From: Nitrospirales bacterium | Lineage (GTDB): Bacteria; Nitrospirota; Nitrospiria; Nitrospirales; UBA8639 | Assembly: GCA_021603905.1 (NCBI GenBank) | Contig: BQIU01000005.1 | Coordinates: 19,261 to 83,260, forward strand | DNA: 64,000 nucleotides | Direction of reading: 5' to 3' | Shown: positions 1 through 9,953 of the stretch, piece by piece | How the letters are laid out: each line of letters begins with the position of its first letter | Numbering within the stretch: position 1 is the stretch's first letter | Notes under the pieces: generated by a model | What the model was told of the DNA's origin: nothing | What the model saw: the letters and a program-made list of their open reading frames with translations, nothing else | Database searches by the model: none | Made by a program: the position numbers and the translations under genes

Positions 1-53
1 TTTTAGTAGACAACTGTATCGGGCCAGAGGGACAATTGAAAATCTAACAAGTC

Positions 54-3000
54 TTACAGTTTTGATAGTTTCGTTTGGGCGATGGAATCTCCGCCACGTC
101 CAGCCTTTTGGTACCATTGAATGGCTTGATCATAATTACGTTCAACCCCTCGGCCTTTTTCATACATTAAGGCCAGATTTCTCATTGCTGCAAAAATACC
201 ATTATGTGCACTACGTTCATACCATTGGAATGCTGAACCATAGTTAACGTCTACTCCACGCCCCAGTTCGTATAATAACCCCAGATTGTTCATCGCCGTG
301 GCATTTCCCTTGCCTGCGGAGTCTTTGAACCATTGTGCTGCTATAGCAAAGGAACGTGGTACGCTTTCCGCTCGGTAGTACATCCTTCCAAGTTTACACA
401 TGGCAGTGCTATTCCCCAAATTGGCGGCATTGCTATACCAGTTGTATGCTCGAGTTAAATTGATTGGGTCATGCTGTCTTCCGAGTTCATACAAGTTGCC
501 AATATTTTTTGATGCAATGGAATCTCCTTCGGATGCTGCAGCCATGTACCATTTTTTGGCTTCTGTAGTATTTTCTGTGACGCCGAACCCTCTTTCATAC
601 ATTATTCCTAGATTCCGCATAGAAGGTACATCATTCAGGCGGCTAGCTTTGTTAAACCACTCGAAGGCTTGATTGAGATCTTTGGGCACGGCGAGACCTT
701 CTGCATAGAGAACACCCAAGGTTCTCATAGCTGCAGCATCCTCTAGCTTTGTGTTTACTCGTGCCCATTTTGTCATTTCAGAATAATATTGTTTGATTAG
801 TTCAGAACGTTTCCCGATGGTCTCAGCCAGATGAGACCTCATTTTCCATTGCTGTGCAATTTCTTCACTCTTTGGAATTATTAATCCAGATTCGTACAGA
901 TCGCTTAGTTTGCGCATAGCAGATACATCTCCCAAGTGAGCTGCGTGTTGGTAGAGAGACAGTGCCATTTGGGAGTCAGGTGATATGTCCGTTCGAGATT
1001 CGTAGAATTGAGCAAGTTGTACCATTGCTTGACTATTACCTTGTGCGGCGGCCTTTCGGAAAAGTCCTAATGCTTTCTTGAAATCTTGATGCGTAGAAAT
1101 TCCTGAATGGTACATACTTCCTAGTGATGTCTGTGCTTGGGCATCACCTTGGTTTGCGGCACGAGAGAAGTACTGGAACGCTTGGTCTGATGCATTTTGG
1201 ATATTCAAATTGTTCAGGTAAAGCCTTCCGAGACTTGTAATGGCAGGTAGGAAATTTTGTTGTTCTGCTTTGCGATACCAATTCATTGCCGTGTTGATAT
1301 TCTTGGTTACACCATATCCATGTTCATACATCAGTCCAAGGTTATACGATGCGATAGGGTGTTCTTTGCGGGCGGCCATTCGAAACCATGCCTTGGCTCC
1401 TTCGTCATTACCCTTTTCAAAATCCACTAGTCCCATGAGATAGGCATTCTGTGCGGTGTGTTGAGTGGCTTGTGCTTCTCTAATTGAATAAGAAAAATGG
1501 TCTCTTGGAAGACTGTCCCTGAAAAAGGGACCATCCTGCTGTTCGCATTTATCGAGGTCTCGAAGTAATTCTTGATACACGCCTGCTATGGCTAGTTTTT
1601 CGAGATTGGTATTCGACCAGAATTTTGTTGAAGGTATTGAAATTGAAAGCGTTGTCGAGACTAAGACGAGGGTGATGAATGAAAGACAAACAAGATTGCT
1701 TCCCCCCGACCAAAGTCTTTTGGCCAGTGTTGTCAGTCTACTAGATATGAATCGATACCCATTAGATAGCTGTAAATCAGTTGTTAAGATGCTATGAATC
1801 AAGAAAAGTACAAATAGAATTTTAATATGTCGTATGTAAGTGAGAGAGACCCAATCTTCGAACCCATGAATGATCTGAATCCAAAGTATTGAATAAAGCA
1901 TAATGCCTGAGATGGAGCCAGTGACAACAAGGTTTTCAAATAGGTACCGATATAAAACGCCTAGCAACAACATGCCGATTACGACTCCAAGGAGCCCAAA
2001 GTTAAGGTACATGTCACCGATTTGTGTGGGGCCAATTCCTGTTATGACATCATTTGTTCTGAGGATACCGATAGCTTTCCCAAAGTCATTGCCGTCGTTG
2101 AGGAAGCGTGGTTGATGACCTAGGAGAGTGGTAATATTGAATGCTCTAAAAAAATCCAGGAATCCTTGTCCATAGAGCAACTGTTCTGCGTGGTCTACAA
2201 TAGCTGTGAATATATGAGACTGCCCAAGTCTACCAATTGAACTGTCAATGACTAGTGAGGATGTTGCCACCAAATCAGAGCTAAGCGTTTGTATAAATGA
2301 TTGTTCCTGATGCTCAGTGAAATAGTTTTGATCAAGGTTTACCTTATCCTTCATGTATAATTTGATTGGGAAGACGAGTAATAGGATGGCTAGGCCTATC
2401 ACAATAATTCTTCCTGTACATCTCCGGTAGAGGTAATGTCTGGTGAGCAAATAGATCAATATGGGTGTCAGAATCGACATTCTGCCAGCACCAAACTTGA
2501 CCTGTCCGAGAAATTCGAACACAAATAAAGGCCATGCGATGCGGCCCCATAAATTTGCCTGATCGTCATGATTCCGTAATAGGAAGAAATACTGTGAAAA
2601 AGCGATGGCCAAAGCGATAAAGTGGAAGGGGTTCAGCGAAAGAAAAGAACTGAGGGTTATGCTAATGTCCGAATTTGGTTCTGCAAGGTCGGAGATGATA
2701 CGAGGGCATTTAATTGCAAACCCAGTTATTAGGACACCGAATGTGACCCATAAAGACCTGCTTGGATTCCACGGCTTGTCTAGAAAATCAGAAAGGGAGC
2801 GGTGCCGTAACCCTTTTCTTAAAGAATAATACCCCAGAAGAAACGCCAAAAGTCCAGCCAGCAAGTATGTAAAAGACTTTTTGTTCAGAACATTGATTCC
2901 ACGTGCTTCGAGATTCGTAAACTCGGTTGTGAGGCCTACTGCCAGCGCAATTGGAAGAATTGAAAAAATGACAACATAGTAGAGGGTGAACGAAAATCCA

Positions 3001-3095
3001 AGATTGAATATGTCAAGATTGAGGAGTTTTCTCATTATATTACGAAACCTAAACAGTGGCGCTCTCAGGTGAGCGTTTCTTATGACCTCTCTCAT
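54..3095 (-). CDS. Polytopic membrane protein (Wzy/O-antigen-polymerase-like N-terminal ~500 aa) with a C-terminal array of about 10-11 Sel1-like repeats
   Basis: 1013-aa ORF. The N-terminal half is a run of hydrophobic helices. The C-terminal half is repeated ~36-aa units of the pattern A..W(Y/F)..AA..G...A...LG.(M/L)Y..G.GV, e.g. AFQWYERSAHNGIFAAMRNLALMYEKGRGVERNYDQAIQWYQKA. The start ATG overlaps the upstream stop (ATGA at 3092-3095). The Wzy-like call is only an inference from topology and context. Confidence 0.7.
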   Translation of the reverse strand: MREVIRNAHLRAPLFRFRNIMRKLLNLDIFNLGFSFTLYYVVIFSILPIALAVGLTTEFTNLEARGINVLNKKSFTYLLAGLLAFLLGYYSLRKGLRHRSLSDFLDKPWNPSRSLWVTFGVLITGFAIKCPRIISDLAEPNSDISITLSSFLSLNPFHFIALAIAFSQYFFLLRNHDDQANLWGRIAWPLFVFEFLGQVKFGAGRMSILTPILIYLLTRHYLYRRCTGRIIVIGLAILLLVFPIKLYMKDKVNLDQNYFTEHQEQSFIQTLSSDLVATSSLVIDSSIGRLGQSHIFTAIVDHAEQLLYGQGFLDFFRAFNITTLLGHQPRFLNDGNDFGKAIGILRTNDVITGIGPTQIGDMYLNFGLLGVVIGMLLLGVLYRYLFENLVVTGSISGIMLYSILWIQIIHGFEDWVSLTYIRHIKILFVLFLIHSILTTDLQLSNGYRFISSRLTTLAKRLWSGGSNLVCLSFITLVLVSTTLSISIPSTKFWSNTNLEKLAIAGVYQELLRDLDKCEQQDGPFFRDSLPRDHFSYSIREAQATQHTAQNAYLMGLVDFEKGNDEGAKAWFRMAARKEHPIASYNLGLMYEHGYGVTKNINTAMNWYRKAEQQNFLPAITSLGRLYLNNLNIQNASDQAFQYFSRAANQGDAQAQTSLGSMYHSGISTHQDFKKALGLFRKAAAQGNSQAMVQLAQFYESRTDISPDSQMALSLYQHAAHLGDVSAMRKLSDLYESGLIIPKSEEIAQQWKMRSHLAETIGKRSELIKQYYSEMTKWARVNTKLEDAAAMRTLGVLYAEGLAVPKDLNQAFEWFNKASRLNDVPSMRNLGIMYERGFGVTENTTEAKKWYMAAASEGDSIASKNIGNLYELGRQHDPINLTRAYNWYSNAANLGNSTAMCKLGRMYYRAESVPRSFAIAAQWFKDSAGKGNATAMNNLGLLYELGRGVDVNYGSAFQWYERSAHNGIFAAMRNLALMYEKGRGVERNYDQAIQWYQKAGRGGDSIAQTKLSKL

Positions 3096-5410
3096 GTTTT
3101 AAGTCTGCAAATTCTAATAACAGCAAAAATAAGTACACCAAATACTAAGAGAGTATGGATCATCCCACCGATTACAAGATTTAAGCTTGACATTGATAAG
3201 TGTGCCGTTGACATGATGATCAATGTTCCAAAGATCATGTTGCCGACAGCTGTACTCGTACCCACGAAAAAATGCCACCCGAGATGCAGGGCTGTGCCAA
3301 GGGCGATGGCGCTGAGTACGATTCCACCCCATCCATAGGCCATCCAGGATTCAAAAATTGTGGGCATGGACCAGACAAACGGCTTGTCCGTCGGTTTGGA
3401 GTATCCGTATTTCAAACCGATTAAGAGTCCAGTTTTTTCTACTGGTTTGTCATTCCATAATATTCGAGGAATCAATTTGTAAAATAGCGGTTCGTATGTC
3501 TCCCAATATGAGTAGGGTACCTGGCTTGGTGTCATTCTGATCGCATATGCAAAATTGCCAAGAGAATTCAATCGGTGGGCTATACGCGCGATGATGTGAT
3601 AGAGATTGGGGTTAGTATTTTGCGAGAGCGGCCAACGTAGTTTATGGTAATTTGGGTCATACTCCTTTAGGTCGTCCTTCTTATTTATGACTTCTGAGCC
3701 ATGTTGGTCGCGAGGATCTAGTGTTTGAGCCTGCTTATACAATGTTTTTGCACGAAGGAGATCTTTTGGTATGCCGAGTCCATTCTCATAGAGATTGGCC
3801 AGGTACCGAATTGCTGAAGCATCTTCCAGGGTGGCAGCTTTCGAATACCACTTGTGTGCAAGAGCATAATCTCTAGGTATTTCGTCCCCTAGTTCATACA
3901 TTCGTCCGATGATGCGCATCGCAGGACCATCACCTTTCTGTGCTGCATCATGATAGCAAGCGAGCGCCCTCCTGTGGTTATACGCAAGCCCGTTTCCGCT
4001 TTCATACATTGATGCGAGGTGCCTCATGGCAACACCATCACCTAAGATTGCAGCTCGTTGATACCAGCGACCAGCTTTAGATAAATCCTTTCCGACTACA
4101 ATTCCATTTTCGTACAATAGACCTAATTTTCTCATTGCAAGTTTGAGTGTTTCTGGATCATTCTGAGGTTTGGTAGTAATGCCTACTTCCGTTAAAGATA
4201 AGTCCATGCTCTGTAGGTCGTGTACGATAGCTTTGAAATAATTTTTGGGGAGGCCGTGCCCATACTCATACATGGTGGATAAAACTTTCATGGCGTTGGA
4301 ATTGTGTTTTTCGGCCGCACGCCGATACCAAGCTATTGCATGCTCTATACCGTTAGGTTGAATTAAGGCACGTTCATAGAGATAACCAAGTCTGAGCATT
4401 GCATTGGAATTATCCTGTTTAATGGCGCGGTGGTACCAACTCTGGGCCATAGTGATTGCTTGTTTATCTTCCGCATTTTCTTCAGCTGTTACGCCTAAGG
4501 AAAGCATCGCCAGATCATTCCCATTCAGGGCCTGGAATTGTATCTCTTCTGGTTCAAGTTTGTGTTTGAGATGAGTAAGCGCACTCATCGAATCATATGC
4601 AATGAGATTTGAGATTGCGTGTTTCGCTGTCTCAATGGCATGCTCGTCGGAGTCTTCGCCTAAAGGTTTTATGCATAAGTGAGGTGCGAGGTCATCATTT
4701 TGAGATTCATTCATTATCTTTTGATGCAAGGCTACTAAGGTTGTATCTCGTTCAAAGGCACCGCCGTACCGTGCGGTTCTGATTTCTGATTTGAAGGCCA
4801 ATGCGAGTCCGATACCGATTACAAACAATACTAGGAGTCCAACTTGAATTCGTAGAGGAGTCCTCATCACTCCAAGTGCATATAAAACTCCAAGTGCGCT
4901 GATCGCGATAGGGTTTACATATCCCAATAAAGCAGGAAGAGCAAACGTTACCATTCCGCTAGGAATGAGCAACAGAAAAATGATGAAGTGTTTGAATCTA
5001 CCGAGCGCATCAAGACGAAGTAGGTAAATTCCCAATATGATGGCAAGTGTTGGCGCTAGTGATAAAATGTGAGTTAGATTTTCGAAAATGGAGGGGAATT
5101 GCATTGTCTGATGTAACGCAGAAATTATGCTTCCTAGAGTTGCGAATCCAACAAAACACCACCAGACTCCCTGTCTGTTGATATGCCAGAGAGTCTGCTG
5201 CTTTGAAAATTTTTGTCCGACGACAATAATACTTCCTGATAAGAGAATCCACGTGATCCATACAACTGTGGCATATGAAATCTCAGCTGTTGTGAGATGT
5301 ACGACAGTCTGATCGACTCGTAGGGAGAACGGCAGGGTATAAAAGATTAGCGGAGTTAAGAAGACGCAAATCATTGGGAAGAAACAAAAGAATAGGAAGC
5401 GCCAAATCAT
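3092..5410 (-). CDS. Polytopic membrane protein with an internal Sel1-like repeat array (about 6-7 repeats) between N- and C-terminal transmembrane blocks
   Basis: 772-aa ORF with TM helices at ~1-210 and ~640-772. The central part carries Sel1-type units (SWYHRAIKQDNSNAMLRLGYLYE, AGRWYQRAAILGDGVAMRHLASMYESGNGL, AHKWYSKAATLEDASAIRYLANLYENGLGIPKD). The C-terminal TM block resembles the matching part of the 54-3095 protein. Confidence 0.7.
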   Translation of the reverse strand: MIWRFLFFCFFPMICVFLTPLIFYTLPFSLRVDQTVVHLTTAEISYATVVWITWILLSGSIIVVGQKFSKQQTLWHINRQGVWWCFVGFATLGSIISALHQTMQFPSIFENLTHILSLAPTLAIILGIYLLRLDALGRFKHFIIFLLLIPSGMVTFALPALLGYVNPIAISALGVLYALGVMRTPLRIQVGLLVLFVIGIGLALAFKSEIRTARYGGAFERDTTLVALHQKIMNESQNDDLAPHLCIKPLGEDSDEHAIETAKHAISNLIAYDSMSALTHLKHKLEPEEIQFQALNGNDLAMLSLGVTAEENAEDKQAITMAQSWYHRAIKQDNSNAMLRLGYLYERALIQPNGIEHAIAWYRRAAEKHNSNAMKVLSTMYEYGHGLPKNYFKAIVHDLQSMDLSLTEVGITTKPQNDPETLKLAMRKLGLLYENGIVVGKDLSKAGRWYQRAAILGDGVAMRHLASMYESGNGLAYNHRRALACYHDAAQKGDGPAMRIIGRMYELGDEIPRDYALAHKWYSKAATLEDASAIRYLANLYENGLGIPKDLLRAKTLYKQAQTLDPRDQHGSEVINKKDDLKEYDPNYHKLRWPLSQNTNPNLYHIIARIAHRLNSLGNFAYAIRMTPSQVPYSYWETYEPLFYKLIPRILWNDKPVEKTGLLIGLKYGYSKPTDKPFVWSMPTIFESWMAYGWGGIVLSAIALGTALHLGWHFFVGTSTAVGNMIFGTLIIMSTAHLSMSSLNLVIGGMIHTLLVFGVLIFAVIRICRLKT

Positions 5411-5419
5411 ACAGTCAGG

Positions 5420-6925
5420 CTATTGCGAATCCAAACTCTCGGTGTGTCGGAGGTTATTTGTTGTATTCGGTAAGCATCTCAACCACCAAAGCCCTAGACA
5501 AAAAATGCTTAGTACGACACTCCATGGGAACATCATCATTGTAATGCTTGTGAGGATGATTGGACATACTTCCTTTGAAATGAACAGTAAATTAAATCGG
5601 TTACAGTACTTGAAAAGAAGCCGTGGCACAAACCAAAGTGGAAGAAGAGCGTCGGCAAGAATCATCCCCGATATCATCCCAATAAGACCGAAATACTGTG
5701 CTCCGGTGTAACTGAGACTGACGGTGAAGAGCGAAGATAGAGCCAGAGTTCGCGCCAGGCCTTCGTGCTGATTCACTGCCATTAGAACATGGCTACAGGC
5801 TGTCCAAAGCACAAGCTGCATGACATAGAGGAGAATCAAATCCATCGCATTCTGGTTGTATGTAAGAGTTTCGCCTAGCCAGAGCTGGAAGATTTCTTCT
5901 CCCAAAAAATGAAAAATAATAAAAAATACAAAGGCTCCAAACAAAGAAGATCGAAGTAAGAAACGAAATAATTCATGTAGTTTTTCGTAATCACCTTCCA
6001 TGTCGAGGCGGGTGAACTCTGGCCATGCGGTGTGAGACAGAAGACCAAGCAATTGCTTAATAGCGTTTGCAATGGTACGTAATGCTGAGAACACGACAAC
6101 CTGCACAGACCCAAGGAGTGCCCCTGCGACTAGGATGGTTCCCTGGATTGAAAGTAGCTGAGAAACTTGGATTGAGAAGAAATGAAGGCTCGGCCGTAGA
6201 AATGTCCTCATTACAGAATAACTGGAGTGTTGTAAGGACAGAGTGGCGATATCCGGAAGCTGTTTTTTGAGATCGACGATCACCATTCCAACAACTATCC
6301 CGTATGGCAAGATCTGTAATGCTGCGATGCCCAGCATATTGGCACCAAAGAGCAACCCTCCTGAAGTGAAAACCATGTGTGTCAGAATAATTAGATTACC
6401 GAACATCACACCTCTCGGCAGTAGGCCAATGGCCCGATAGATCCCCAACAGAAGTCCCTGCGGAAGAGCTATAAGAAACTGTGCGCCTAGCAAGCTGGCA
6501 ATCATAACGGTCATTGCATGAGATGTTTCTGTGATGCCTATTGTGTGTTCGATCGGGTACAGCCCTAAAACAATGATCAGTAGTAGTAACGCTGCTGCTG
6601 GTAAATAGAGGAAGAGAGCTAAGCCGCTATGAAGCGATTTTCGAAATAATTCGAAATCTTGGCTGGCGTAAGCTTGTGTCAGTCGATTGACAATATAAAC
6701 TTGCCCACCAAGCTCTGTCAGTGAGAGATAGGCGACCAAGGAAGAAAGAACCAACCACTCACCATAAATATTTGCTCCCCAGGCCGTTAAAAATAGTGGA
6801 ACGAGCAAGATTTTTGAGGCAACATTGAGGACTTGACCAATGGCATTTGCTCCAAATCCTTTTACGAGGCGTGACCAAGTGGTGCCAGGAAATATGCGTG
6901 CGGATATTGGCTCTTCTGCTTTCAT
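5420..6925 (-). CDS. Wzx-like oligo/polysaccharide flippase (MOP/PST superfamily)
   Basis: 501-aa ORF, hydrophobic throughout (about 12+ helices). The N-terminus (NAIGQVLNVASKILLVPLFLTAWGANIYGEWLVLSSLVAYLSL) is typical of polysaccharide-biosynthesis flippases. It lies 9 nt upstream of the next gene in a glycan locus. Confidence 0.7.
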   Translation of the reverse strand: MKAEEPISARIFPGTTWSRLVKGFGANAIGQVLNVASKILLVPLFLTAWGANIYGEWLVLSSLVAYLSLTELGGQVYIVNRLTQAYASQDFELFRKSLHSGLALFLYLPAAALLLLIIVLGLYPIEHTIGITETSHAMTVMIASLLGAQFLIALPQGLLLGIYRAIGLLPRGVMFGNLIILTHMVFTSGGLLFGANMLGIAALQILPYGIVVGMVIVDLKKQLPDIATLSLQHSSYSVMRTFLRPSLHFFSIQVSQLLSIQGTILVAGALLGSVQVVVFSALRTIANAIKQLLGLLSHTAWPEFTRLDMEGDYEKLHELFRFLLRSSLFGAFVFFIIFHFLGEEIFQLWLGETLTYNQNAMDLILLYVMQLVLWTACSHVLMAVNQHEGLARTLALSSLFTVSLSYTGAQYFGLIGMISGMILADALLPLWFVPRLLFKYCNRFNLLFISKEVCPIILTSITMMMFPWSVVLSIFCLGLWWLRCLPNTTNNLRHTESLDSQ

Positions 6926-7218
6926 CTCATAATCCTACGTTTTCTCGCGATCATGTGAAGAAATTTATGCACCCTATGCCTTGTTTGAGAAGTTCTAGAT
7001 TCGGGTCGGAGATCAGTTTTCGAAAACTATTCTTTTGTAAAACTCAGATTATCGTAAGTGTTTTGGCTTATCCTTTAATGGAAGCCCATAGTATTTTCTG
7101 AGTGCAGTGGACGGTATAACTTTAATTAGTGCGCTGTCGAATAGACTCTGATATTTAACAGGATTCGCGAGGATGAGTTATGTGTTATGTAAATGATAAG
7201 TGAGGAAAGCTATTTGGT

Positions 7219-8310
7219 CTATTGGATTGGTTTTTCTTTGCTTCGCTCTACGCCATCCTTTGTTGAGCGAATGTAGACACTGTCTGCTACAAACGTTAAA
7301 GCCGGAATTTTGTGACTAAGCTTCCTTAATATCTCCGATAGACGAATAATCAACTGCATGCTAAAAGGCATCAAATGGATGTCGCTTTTTTGTAAGCCCA
7401 GGCCAAAAAAACAGTCTACAGATATGACCGTTGGTCCAACTCTATTGTTAAAAGTTCGCTTAAGCTCTCCCAGGCTCCAGTATCGTACTTCAAATGCTTT
7501 GGCCATTCTAAACCATCGTTTTATTTGGTGGTGCAATGAGCGAATGCCTAATAAGTTAGGCATTTGAATGAATGTTGTTCCCCCAATTCGTAAGACTCGA
7601 CCTGCTTCAGATAGGGCCGTTCCTACGTTTGCTTTGGAAAAATGTTGTAACACGCTGTAGGAAAAAACAACGTCCATGCTTTTATCATTGAATGGGAGGT
7701 ATCGAGAGTCGGCTACGATATATTTAATTGGTAACGCCAACTGTTTGGCGACTCTTTGAGCAGCCATAATTGCCCCCATCGACGGATCGAGGCCGACTGC
7801 GACATATCCCTTTCGTGCGGCAGCTACGCACCAACGTCCCCAATTACACCCTAAGTCAAGGAAGGTTTTTTGATGACCATTCGGTAGACGTAAGTCTGGG
7901 ATTGGATAGGTGTTAAGGTTGCCGATCAAATGCTTATAGGCGATACCGTTCGTTTGAGCGACAACGAATGCTACGACGGGATCTATTCTCGATTGATCTT
8001 TCAAGATGAGGTCTGCAATGCCTAGTCGTTCATTATCGCTAATGCCAAGTGTCTCGATATAATAATTCGAAGTTTTCGTGACAGGTTGATTTTTTTTTGC
8101 CCACTCAAGAGAGGCATGTGCGACCCAATGTGTTTGCTCGACATTGGGTGCAAGCATAATAGGGACACCATTGATAACAGGATACTGCCGCCCCGCAGTC
8201 GATACAAGATTCCCATCTCGGTACTCTAAGCGAGTATGATCAATAGGACAGACTAAATTTTCGAGATACCAACTATCGAGTTCTGAATGTGCATCTTTAG
8301 TTGAGGCCAT
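7219..8310 (-). CDS. Trm112-like zinc-ribbon domain fused to a class I SAM-dependent methyltransferase
   Basis: N-terminal LVCPIDHTRLEY...YPVINGVPIML (Trm112/DUF343 pattern). Methyltransferase motif I FLDLGCNWGRW, later VVFSYSVLQH. 363 aa. Confidence 0.75.
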   Translation of the reverse strand: MASTKDAHSELDSWYLENLVCPIDHTRLEYRDGNLVSTAGRQYPVINGVPIMLAPNVEQTHWVAHASLEWAKKNQPVTKTSNYYIETLGISDNERLGIADLILKDQSRIDPVVAFVVAQTNGIAYKHLIGNLNTYPIPDLRLPNGHQKTFLDLGCNWGRWCVAAARKGYVAVGLDPSMGAIMAAQRVAKQLALPIKYIVADSRYLPFNDKSMDVVFSYSVLQHFSKANVGTALSEAGRVLRIGGTTFIQMPNLLGIRSLHHQIKRWFRMAKAFEVRYWSLGELKRTFNNRVGPTVISVDCFFGLGLQKSDIHLMPFSMQLIIRLSEILRKLSHKIPALTFVADSVYIRSTKDGVERSKEKPIQ

Positions 8311-8481
8311 GAGAGCGTTCCACTTTATTTAGGTTGGCAAACTGCTAGGGGTATGTAAATCGAAGGAAATATGAGGTGCAAAAAGAATTAACATTATTTT
8401 CGAGTACTCAATTTTCTTCATAGTTCACGGTCGCAGTTTGTAGAGATTTGCTCAATTATTTATCTATTGCAGTGCTAGGCA

Positions 8482-9759
8482 TCACTTGAAGGCCACACGG
8501 AATTCTGTTTGGCAGTCACTGAAACTTTGTGAAGATGTTTCTTGTTTTCCGAGCCTACTTATAAGGCCTGCAACGTGTTTGGCGAATAGACAATATCCAT
8601 ATTCATTGAAGTGGGTCCCATTTAGTGATAAGGCATATAGCCGTTCCTTACCGTATTTTTTGTATATGGGTTCAAAGTCACTGATCATTATGTTTTTCTT
8701 TCCTTTAAAGGTTTTTCTCATCGCGGATATTTGCATGGCAAATTGAGGTGTATTTCCACCATACGGGGGAAGTGTGACAACGATGACTTGGCCACCCCAA
8801 CTCTCTGCTGTATCGGCTATTTTTCTAAGGGATTTTTTCATAATGGAGAACGAAGCTGATGATTGTTCATTCCATTCTGCCTTTCTTGTAAAGCGAAATC
8901 TAGTTCCTAATGCGGATTGAAGAGAGCTTCTTATCCCAGACAGTGTAACCAATCCGCGAATGTAAGCCTGCCAATTTATGTTCTCTTCTTTAAAACGTAC
9001 GGACTCTTGAGAAGTCTCTTCACTCTGATACGGGTTCAAAGTAATTAGTTGGTCTAATCTTGCGTCAATTTGGTTTTGTTTCATTTTGAGTAATTTAGTA
9101 TTCGTATTGTCTACATAATATTTTAAATTTGCATGCTGATATTCTCGCTGTGTATCGTCTAAATCATTGTAAAACCAAACTAGAATCGTCGTCTTAATTT
9201 TGAGAGGGCGTACATACTCCATAAATGTTGCGACATACGATACGAAGCCATTTCCACTCATTCCCAAATTGATCGTATGAAATCCATTTTTGTTAAGTTG
9301 CCCTCCTATCGTATGTTCTCGTGGTACGCAATACCCTTGAACATAAGAATCTCCAATAAGGGCCATCTTCACTCGTGGGTTGTCATGAATAGAGTCATGA
9401 TTGTTGAAGCCAAAGCGATCACTTTGATAGGTTAACCATTGGCCGACCTCGTTGCACAGGATCACGGTGGCATGTGAGCGTCCACCAAGGGGCAGATAAT
9501 CAAATCCCCCAAAATAATCAGCAGTTCTGATGGGCGTGAAATTTGGTACAGCGTCCACCCCTGCCTTTCGTAAATCAACTAAGACCTCTCCTGCTTTTCT
9601 TGGATCCCATTCAAGCCCAGCGTCCGTAACTGCGAGTCGGAGTCTATGTTCTGGAGTGAGACGTTCAAAGTAAAAAACGTTATAAGTCATCAATAAAAAA
9701 TTGAAGAATAACACCGACGCAAATGTCGATATGCATACTGTCATGATATTTTTGATCAT
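8482..9759 (-). CDS. Membrane-anchored SGNH/GDSL-like hydrolase-fold protein (candidate glycan O-acetyl-transfer partner)
   Basis: N-terminal TM helix. Block I-like LIGDSYVQGY and C-terminal block V-like LNGTHFNEYGY. Lies in the same operon direction as an MBOAT gene. Confidence 0.55.
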   Translation of the reverse strand: MIKNIMTVCISTFASVLFFNFLLMTYNVFYFERLTPEHRLRLAVTDAGLEWDPRKAGEVLVDLRKAGVDAVPNFTPIRTADYFGGFDYLPLGGRSHATVILCNEVGQWLTYQSDRFGFNNHDSIHDNPRVKMALIGDSYVQGYCVPREHTIGGQLNKNGFHTINLGMSGNGFVSYVATFMEYVRPLKIKTTILVWFYNDLDDTQREYQHANLKYYVDNTNTKLLKMKQNQIDARLDQLITLNPYQSEETSQESVRFKEENINWQAYIRGLVTLSGIRSSLQSALGTRFRFTRKAEWNEQSSASFSIMKKSLRKIADTAESWGGQVIVVTLPPYGGNTPQFAMQISAMRKTFKGKKNIMISDFEPIYKKYGKERLYALSLNGTHFNEYGYCLFAKHVAGLISRLGKQETSSQSFSDCQTEFRVAFK

Positions 9760-9953
9760 GACCTATTTCCAGGCTTTTCACTTGGTCCGAGCATACATTA
9801 TCTGTAATTTTATTAATTCCCTCTGGTGGAGGCTGCGTCCTGAAATTGAATGCCATGAACCATGAATTGTGCATAGCGAAGAGGATTCATGCATGACGTT
9901 TAGTCTTGTATTCTTCATTTAAGAGTCAAAAACTTTAATATGGGGACAAGCAG

